Positions 54,796 to 64,000 of a stretch of DNA of 64,000 nt are shown in pieces (within the stretch, counting starts at the first letter, position 1; each line of letters begins with the position of its first letter). Where the stretch lies: positions 277,760,001-277,824,000 of the forward strand of contig OZ024740.1 in NCBI GenBank assembly GCA_964016885.1, in the 5' to 3' direction. The position numbers were made by a program, and so were the translations under genes. This stretch comes from Eledone cirrhosa (lineage: Eukaryota). The notes below the pieces were generated by a model, which saw nothing but the letters and a program-made list of their open reading frames with translations, ran no database searches and was not told the DNA's origin.

Positions 54796-56715
54796 GGCAT
54801 CAGGCAGTGCAATCGAGGTACTTATAAAGGTAACAATACAGTTGGTGGTTTAGGTATTCAAGAGGAGTACCTCATGTATCTCTAAGTTTATATTTTTTAA
54901 TGTAATATAATTGTTAATGTATATGTGAAGTGTATGTGTGTGTTTTGTGTTTTTCTGTGTATAGTTATATAGATTATTGTAGTGAAAGTGTGTTTTATTG
55001 TTAAATGTGTAGGTGCTGTGTATTTGTTGTGAGTGTGTGCCACTGTTTGTATTTACGTGTGTATTATTTACATAACCTATTGTATCTAATCTATATTAGA
55101 AGATTAAGTCTAGTGTAAATTAATAGTCTTTTCTGTGTCAGAGCCTGCTAGCTTTCATGTTAACATGATTTGTGATATTATGTGTGGGTGTTCTCTAAGT
55201 ATCTCATGTTTGGTGTTCAGGTATTTATCAGAGGATTTCAAACTCTATAATATCCTGAAATTTTAATTCAGCCAAAATGAACACCACATGCGATTTTTGC
55301 TGCTACAAATATAACAACTGGGCTTGTTGTCAGCCTTATCGCTTTTCACTCTATACCTACAACGAAACAGAGTTCTGGACTGATCTTAAAATCGTCGGGT
55401 GTCATAAGTACTTGTAAGTTCATACTCTGTATATCATTTGTCATTACTTTGGCACCTATTTCCTGCTACCTTGTTTAACATAGGCAAATAAAGATCGTGG
55501 TCAATATCATTCGCTGAGCCTCTGATTAACCTTATGTTGCGCGACACCATGTACTGGAGTACAAGCCTGTGAACGGGTTTTTGGAGCATTAACTCTGTTT
55601 GTCTCATCCTTTCCTGTTCACTCCCGAAAATCATTCTGATTGCTCGTTTCTATACTTATAATCTCAGTCCAAGTTTTTATTTAATTTCGTGTTTGGAAGC
55701 TGCCCACCTTCACTTAGGGAGGCAAAGATAAATCATGCCCAATTCTGGATATATTTATTAGAAACAATCATTTTGAATTCAGTGCGCCTTCGGGTCTGTT
55801 TCGATCTTTTCAGCATTGTCGAACTATATTTGTATGTGTTTGTGTTTGAATGTTTGTTGGTGAATGAGTTGCTGCTGTTGCTCTTATTCTTGTTGTTGAT
55901 GATAGTGTTATTGATTTTACAAACATTTTCATTTCCGGACGTAAAAGTGTGGCTATTATAATCTAAATTTACGAGATTTGTTTAGATATTTCTGCCTTTC
56001 TTTAAACAATGTTTGTCTTTTGTAAATTCATTTCCATAGTTTTATATCCAAGATAATGGTTGTTTTAAAATGTGGTTAAATGTGACCAGCATCGTCTAAA
56101 GCGTATAGCATGCTGTAACTTTTCCTTGCTTATGTGATTTCGAAAGATAGATATTAATGCTATTTTGTTACAATAAAGGTCAAGAAATCAGCCTGTTGTC
56201 TCTGGCCTGGTGCTTAAATGGATTTAATGTTGGTATCAATTAACATCCATTAACTGTTGTTCTTAGTGGATACATGACTAACGAGTATATTTTGAGAAAT
56301 ATACGCATGAAAGAAATATATTCTTCCGGGATTTCAATTTATGATTATTGATTAAAGTAAGCATTGAAACCATTTTGGAATACAGATTGCTATTAAATAT
56401 TCGCCTACGCGTCAGTTTAGATATCGTATGTGTGTTGCCAGACAATCGTAAATTGTGGAAGAATATTATATAAATTTATAGGTAAACATCTATTTGGCTG
56501 CAAAAATGTGATTAATTGAAAATAAAAAAAATACGAATATGGCTTTGTAAGACGAATTTTGTTTCCTTCAATATTTTTGAACATGTAATGCGTACAAACA
56601 TACAAAACATATTATCAGGAATATGCGTGATATTTAGATACGAAATGTAAGCGGTACAAACATAGAAGCAAATATCTTCTAAAATTAGGAGCTTAAATGA
56701 AAATATATACAATAA

Positions 56716-56925
56716 TATAATATTTAAGCATGGCAATTTACATTCAAAGATTAAAGTCATATTAAAAGAAAACAAAATTGAAGTTAAAATACAACATTGG
56801 CAGTTTACGAAGAAAATGCAGGAGGATTCTTCGTAAACTGCCAATGTTGTATTTTAACTTCAATTTTGTTTTCTTCTAATATGACTTTAATCTTTGAATG
56901 TAAATTGCCATGCTTAAATATTATA
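56716..56925. repeat. Near-perfect hairpin, 99-bp arms, 12-nt loop
   Basis: 56716..56814 against 56827..56925, one mismatch seen. Confidence 0.92.
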
Positions 56926-57020
56926 ATGGATGTCAACCCACTGTGCATCAATATATACATATGTTTCTGTATGTCTCTTGTGTTGGAAAGGAGGTCAAGT
57001 ATGTAAACAATCATTGAAAA

Positions 57021-57072
57021 ATTGCTCCGAAGACCCCAAACCACGGTTTGGAAGAAACAATTGTAAGCGAAT
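57021..57072 (+). ncRNA. Hammerhead-like motif with a U4C change
   Basis: ttgct-CCGAAGA-cc ccaaacc ac ggtttgg aa-GAAA-caattg-TA-agcga. Confidence 0.6.
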
Positions 57073-57274
57073 AAATGGTTTAAACAGAACTTTGATTCAT
57101 GTAATTTCTATATAACTGCTCTGTAAACCAACTGATGTTATTACATTGAGCTATTTATCTTACTGGTAATAAGGTAGTAATAAATTACTGTCTTTCACTA
57201 TTTAGGGTTTAAAATATATATAACTATAAAAGGTTTTAGTATAGACATAACCATAAATAGTATCCTTAATACTA

Positions 57275-57590
57275 TATTTATATATATATATATATAGATA
57301 GATATACATTATATACATACATATAGATAGATATAGATATATATATACATATATGTACATATATATATATATAAATATATATATATAATCATATATATTT
57401 ATATATATACATACATATATTTATATACATATATTTATATACATCTATTTATATACATATATATGTATACATATATATATATACATATATTTATATACAT
57501 ATATATATGTATACATATATTTTTCAAAAATACATTTATATATATATATGTGTGTGTGTGTGTTTGTGCGAGCGCGCGTGTGTGTGTCTG
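57275..57590. repeat. Degenerate (TA)n/(TG)n microsatellite
   Basis: Direct reading. Confidence 0.9.
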
Positions 57591-58424
57591 ATATTAATAC
57601 ATTTAGACGTTCCAAATAGCGATAGTAACGTAAAATAATTCACTTGTGTTACATTAGCATACAAATCGGCCAATGGGCACGTACAACCTTCCATACATTG
57701 GTATCTTGTTGACGATTAGAATATCCTGCTGGGCGCTTACAGCTCTCTGTAATGAATAACCCTCCGAAAACATTCCGGTAAAAATGGGAGATGACAAGAA
57801 AGTACGCATACACATATGCATACACTCATACACCCATATAGTTATATATATATCTAAAAGAGGGAGAGAAAATCACAGTTGAACCTACACCTACGCAATT
57901 CGATTTATATATAAACAACGTATATATTTAATATGTTTTATCTGTAACAAAGTTGAATGTCTTGATACAATACAATAGAGAATAGATATTCTTAAGAAAG
58001 AATATACGACTATCTTGGGAAAAAATATTTTTCTTCTCTGTTGAATGTTTAGCAAGAAATTCTATTAATCGAAGTTGCACGGCAAAATTATTCAATGTAT
58101 GGAAATAAACTAAAATTTTAGACGTAAATATAGTGGCAGGTTTTGAAGGTGTATTTCAAATAAGATTCCCTTTACGAAAAACTGTTTAGTTGAACTCAAT
58201 CTTATAAAGTCTGTATACGTTTAACTCCTCAATATATATTTGTGAAATCCGATATTCTTCGTATCTATATTAATAAACGTTTGAATACAGTGTGTAACAG
58301 GCAAATTAGGACAAGTTTCAAATTGGTATATTTCTAATTATTTAGAACTTTTTTTAGTTTAAATTTTAAATGTGACCAGCTTCAATAATCACTTGTACTA
58401 TTTTATTTCAAATTGAACAAATTA

Positions 58425-59903
58425 CACCGTGTAACAAAAAAAAATGTTTTTCTCTGTTCCTGGCTTGTAATCACTTTTTTGTGTTGCTTAGGTCCCAAAT
58501 AAATTTAAAAAAAAGTGCTATTAAACAGTTAAAAGTTGGGGTTTGTAAAAATTCTAAGCTATTCACTAGAATTATTTGTATGCTGGATTTTACGTTGTAT
58601 GTAAGTTTAATTTGCTTATGTGAAATGATTTTTTTTATATATGTTTCAGGTTAAATTAATATTTATGAAATAAAGAGTAATACCTAAAGAAAATTATAAA
58701 AGTGCAATAAAGTATAAAATTGTTAAAAAGTGGATTAAAGAGATTTATTGATACTGGATTTTCGCACCCTGAATAAAGGGTAAGTTGTGTTTTAAGCATT
58801 CGTTTCCAGGATGAAACAGTGGAACTTGGTCAAGGAGGAAGTGCAGGTGACAAGTCAGAGAAGTCGACACGAACCTTTCTCAGTCTTTTACACTGTTAGG
58901 GATGGCCTCTGCTTCTGCCATGACGTGCCTGGACTGTTTGACGTTATTGGGGTGCAGTTTGTGCCCAAGGAGTCGCGGCTATCTATAGACAGCTCCACCA
59001 CAAGTTTGAAGGCTGTCCTCCTCCACAATGGAAACAAGTTCCCGACACTGCTCCTAGCTCATTCAGTCTGCTTGAAGGAAGATTACTACAGTGTTAAAGT
59101 CCTCTTGGAAGCACTGCAATACAACCAGTACAATTGGGAAATCATTGGAGACTTCAAGATAGTGGCTTTCCTGCTTGGACTCCAAGGAGGCTTTATCAAA
59201 TTCCAATGCTTCCTCTGCCTTTGGGAGAGCAGAGCCACTACAAAACAAACAACTGGGAGCAGCGAACAGAATTTGTAGTTGGGACCCGGAACGTCATGTG
59301 GGAGCCACTGGTTGATCCCAGGATTGTGCTCATGCCGCCACTGCACATTAAGTTGGGGTTGATGAAGCAGTTTGTGAAGGCTCTCAACCAAGAATCAACC
59401 GCGTTTTAAGTACCTTCTTGAATTCTTCCCCAAGTTATCTGAGGCCAAAATCAAAGGTGGAATTTTTGTTGGACCTCAGATAAAGAAGATGTTTGAGTCT
59501 ACCGAGTTCTCCAATAAGCTCAATAGGATTGAGAGAACAGCATGGAACTGTTTCAAAGCAGTTGTTAAGGGCTTCCTGGGCAACTACAGAGCTGAAAACT
59601 ACCAGCAACTGGTGCAGGATCCGATAAAGGCTTTTGGCGCCATGGGATGCAGGATGTCGCTTAAACTCCATATGCTGGACGCTGTAATAAAATAAATATA
59701 TACTCTGTTGATTTAATTATATGAACTGATACATTTTTTTAAAATGTGTCTTTTCTTGAAAAATATGAAAATTTCAAAATATCAAACTCCTGACCACAAA
59801 CCCAAACTTCTGATTAAATAGTGTTTTTTTTTTATAATAATGGGATATAACAAACCATGAAATGATACTTAGAACCGGTGAACAAAAAGTATGTTACACG
59901 GTG
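58425..59903 (+). mobile_element. Chapaev3-like transposon, second copy
   Basis: CACCGTGTAAC...GTTACACGGTG termini. Highly similar to 19875..21630 with an extra 3' deletion. Confidence 0.8.
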
Positions 59904-59916
59904 ATTATTAATTTTG

Positions 59917-60102
59917 GTGGATTGGCAGTATTGGTAGAGGGTCGGACGCCATGCTTTCCAGCATAGTTACGTCTCTTTATGATCTGAGTTCAAATCCCGC
60001 CGAGGTTGACTTTGCCTTTCATCCTTACGGGGTCAATAAAATAAAGTACCAGTAATGCACCGGTTAATTGCTGGCATTGTGCCTAAAGTAGAAACAATTA
60101 TT
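59917..60102 (+). mobile_element. SINE copy
   Basis: Full SINE with B box and core. Confidence 0.9.
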
Positions 60103-62624
60103 CATTTTGATAAAGTATTAAATCGTAGAAGTGTAATTGCCGAATTCTTTCGTGCCGTGGAGATTGTTAGAGCCACAACGCCTGCCAAATCTACTGTTTT
60201 TAGAGTTGTAGCCAATTCGAAGAAAGGTCAGAATGTTCAGAGAAAGCGTCACAGTCATGGCAGTGACCGAAATCACACACTTCGCTTCTTAGCAGGACAT
60301 AAAAGATCGATTGAGTGAAACCCATCGAAATCGATGGTATATTTGACTCAAGATCGAGGAATCAATAAAATGACCGTTTCTAGTGTTGTCAGACAAGACC
60401 ACTATATGAAATCGTACACGAGAAGACACCGTAACTACACCCTCCAAAGCTATTCGAGTTGAGAGAAATCCCAAATTCTTAGTCATCTGAAACTTCGTAC
60501 AGGAGACGTCGGCATCTTCGAGGATGAAAGTAAGTTCGTGGTAGACGAAGTTGCAAACCGTCAAAACTCCCGAGTAATAGCGTACGAACCTTTCCAAGCT
60601 TCTTCAGCTATGCATAGCAAGAATCCAGCTTCCATTATGGTCTTTGTAGCTGTGGCAAGTGATGGGAAATTGATGCCTCCTCATTTTGTTGAAGCGGATC
60701 TTAAAATTTTAACAGTAGAGTATCTCAAAATCTTTGAAGTTTTGTTGCCTTGGATTAGGAATCATTGTGATACAAGTTGAGTAATGTTTTTACAGGACTC
60801 CAAGAATTTTTGAAGAGGGAATTGCCCATGTTTATCCATAAAGATATCTGGCCCTCCAGGTCACCAGTTTTGAATCCGTGTGATTTGTGGCTATGAGATG
60901 CGGTTGAAGCAATATCCAACGCAACTTTTCACAACTTTGTGCCTTCGCTGAAAGCTTCGATCAAGCGGGCATTTGGTAAAATGAAAAAGGAAGAAATAGT
61001 TAAGGCATGCGCATGACTTTGTAATCAGACTTTGTAAACTGATAAAGAAAGCACATGGCGATCACATTGAACTGTACAGTAAATTGGCATAAACATAAAA
61101 CTTGCAGTGTTTGATTTTTCAAAGTTATACCAATCACAATAAAGATGTTTAAATGGTCCAAATTTACTTGTTACACTCTGTATATAATAACTTTTAACGT
61201 TCAACTCCTATTATCAGTTTCCAGTATGGAGCATTTTCCCCTGGTGCATGTGCATGTCTGTATTTTGGGCATGTAGAATTGGTTTCCTTTGTTATGTATT
61301 TTGTTGTTGTTGCTTGTGTTACTTTAATTCTTTATTTGTTTTTTGTAAGGGTGCATGTAATATTACGTTAATCATTCCGTTGGACGGTTGTGTAACTCGT
61401 ATATTTTGTGTGGATCGGGTTATAGTACTGTGCAGTAATTGTGTTGAGTGTGCGGTTTCTTACTTTTGGTGATTTAGTATCGTGTATTGATTATCTAAGC
61501 ACAAATGTATGTTGTGTAGACTTAGTCGTGTGAGTTGTAGTAAAATGTTTGTTGTAGATCCCGTTGAGAATGTCATGAGTGCAGGGAGTGTAGCGTTTGA
61601 ACTGTTCTATTCGAGTAAAATTAGATTGTGTGGTATATGGGCAGGTCCTAGCAGAGATAATATGTAGAGTTTAAACGATCGAGCTAAGGTAAGAGTTTCA
61701 TATTTGGGTTGGTATTTCTATACTTCCTAATAATTCAAACATTATTGTTTTTGTTTTTGCTTTTGTTTTTAACTTTCATACAACTAATTTCAATTTCAAG
61801 ATCGTTGTACATTGATAATTTCTTCATAGTCTTCCGGATGATATTAAAAAGCTTCTAATGTGGGAAATTAAGATGAGATGTATTGATACGCTAGTTTTAT
61901 CAGTTATAAACTGGAAGTTAAGTGAAGATCTCTGAGAGAAAACTCGGGAGATTACTAACAGCGTTCCTCTGTCACAACCTCCAACAATAGTGAGACTAGA
62001 AAATAGTTAGAATCAAACAACGGTAAACGGATTAGCATATGAAAAGGAAGGGAAAGCATAAACCTTTTCTTTATATGTAAGGAAAATTAAGCTTCGATTT
62101 AGAAGCTAATTACATCAAAGAAAACGGATGTCAATGAAAAAAAAGACAGAAAAGGCCAAAAAGTAATAACCAAATCACAACGGAATTCCAAACGATACTA
62201 AAGAAAAAACATTGAGAGAAAAACATTCTATGATCAAAATACCGTACAAATAATCAATAGATGAACAACAACAATAGCACCAAAGATCTAAGCCAGTAGC
62301 AGAAAGAGAACGATTGATATTACGTGCACAGTACCAATAACTAGAAACAGAATGGAGTTATTTGAAATATTCCTCACTGACAAAGAGATCAAGAATATCA
62401 CACCATATTGATGCTGCTTTATCTATAGCGAGTCTCCAGTGTCCATAAATATAATATAATGTCAAATACTTTTCATAAACCAATCCAAGTCACTGAAAGA
62501 ATAGTTTCTATTTCTTTACAGTCTTCTATATATATAATAGCCCTAGTTACGAGTAACTACTCTTTACGTTTCTACATCACGTTCTGGCACTATTTAGTGT
62601 CATATGTTTCTACATCACTGCTAG

Positions 62625-63008
62625 GGCGGTGGATTCACAGTATTGGTAGAGGGTCGGACGCTATGTTATGCAGCATAGAGTTACGTCCCTTTACTGTCTG
62701 AGTTCAAATCCCGCCGAGGTTAACTTTGTCCTTCACCCTTACGGGGATCGATAAAATAAAGTACCAATAATTGTTTCTACTTTAGGCACATGGCCAGCAA
62801 TTACCCAGTGCATTACTGGTACTTTATTTTATCGACCCCGTAAGGATGAAAGGCAAAGTCAACCTCGGCGGGATTTGAACTCAGATCGTAAAGGGACGTA
62901 ACTATGCTGGAAAGCTTGGCGTCCGACCCTCTACCGATACTGCCAATCCACACCAATAATGCACTGGGATAATTGCTGGTCTTGTGCCAAAAAGTAGAAA
63001 CAATTATT
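62625..63008. mobile_element. SINE with an antisense SINE of the same family nested inside
   Basis: Plus copy broken after GTACCAATAA. Minus copy at about 62770..62952. ACCAATAAT duplicated on both sides. Confidence 0.85.
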
Positions 63009-63338
63009 AATATTCAGATGAAAACCAATCCACCGTAAAGCATGAATGTACAATTTAATTTCATGTTTTCAAGCTTGCCCTTGCACCTATTTCCGATATG
63101 ACTCTCATGTCAATTCTACTAATACATCCGTGTAGTGTCTAATAGCTTTGTTGCAGCATACAACTTGAAGTCCTCCCTATAAAAAAGACGGTTGATTGAT
63201 AGTAGGACTCCGCTTAGAAGATTATTCTTGAAATACAGATAAGATTAATTTTATAATTTTCCATTTTTCTGAATCTGCAGCATTGTTTCCGATTCATTTA
63301 TGACCTGATAGTCTGCTTATTATTATCGTCACCTTGGG

Positions 63339-63705
63339 GGCGGTGGATTGGCAGGATCATTAGTGCGTCGGACAACATGCTTTGTGGTATAGTGTTATGT
63401 CCCTTTACGTTGTGAGTTCAAATCCCACCGAGATTAGCTTGGCCTTTCATCCTTACAGGGTTGATACAATAAAGCACCAGTAATGCACTAGGTCGATTTA
63501 ATCGACTTTCCCCTACCCAAAAATGTTTGGCCTTATGTTTAAATCAGAAACCCTTATTAGCGTTACTTTGCAGCGGTGGATTAGCAGAATCGTTAGTGCA
63601 CCGGATAAAATGTATTGTAGTACTTTGTTACCATCCTATACGTTCTGGGTTCAAATCCCACTGCAGTCAACTTCCCATTTCCTTCTTCCGAGGTCGATAA
63701 AACAC
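63339..63705 (+). mobile_element. Two tandem diverged SINE copies
   Basis: GCGGTGGATT starts at about 63340 and 63572, each with a B box and core. Confidence 0.8.
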
Positions 63706-64000
63706 AGTATCAGGCAGGTCCTTGGTCAATAAAATGAAGTATCAGCCCTTATCATCATTAGAGTTAACGTGATCCTGATTAACATTTTAAAAATTCTCGT
63801 TTGACAAACACTTAAAATGTCTCATAGTAGGCAATCCGTGCTATACTGAGACATGTCTGCATCTTTTATCAGTCTTAGTTAAATGACGTTTTTCTTTGGT
63901 AATTAATCGTTACAAATCATGAACCTTTGTAACATCACATCGATGTTTCTAGAAATAGGTTTTTTGGTCATCGATTTATTGGCAATTGTAACTTGTAATA

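Larger units (their letters stand above)
58288..61180 (+). mobile_element. Tc1/mariner (maT/DD37D-like) transposon, decayed, interrupted by two insertions
   Basis: TA-CAGTGTGTAACAGGCAAATTAGGAC ... GTCCAAATTTACTTGTTACACTCTG-TA. Transposase EDE.KF.VD..NRQN.R, K.PASIMVF..VASDG, FLQD, WPSRSPVLNP.D. Confidence 0.85.

Noticed and set aside
54800-56400. Host exons or a further PLE fragment
   Set aside because: Only short ORFs without recognisable motifs; cannot be supported by eye.
61200-62460. Decayed retroelement coding sequence
   Set aside because: Strand-biased composition is suggestive, but no diagnostic motif was found.

Overview
AT-rich, microsatellite-dense animal DNA, probably a cephalopod (Octopus-like) repeat region judging by the SINE families; the taxon is inference. 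No intact host gene was recognised. The window is almost all decayed or nested mobile elements: Penelope-like elements (PLEs, two Naiad-type), CRE-, R4/Dong- and Tx1-type LINEs, a Gypsy fragment, Tc1/mariner and Chapaev3-type DNA transposons, a full-length decayed Helitron and many tRNA-derived SINEs. The main signal missed by the ORF track is RNA. About 18 type I hammerhead ribozyme (HHR) motifs from about 10 distinct sequence families were read by eye. Most sit in small non-coding modules beside (TA)n tracts, often with fold-back inversions. They include a near-identical 483-bp tandem array with one HHR per unit (a candidate retrozyme producing a circular RNA), several cores with the compensatory U3-A8 pair, and a module pairing an HHR with an antisense glutamine-rich ORF. 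Structures were paired manually, and boundaries of decayed elements are approximate.
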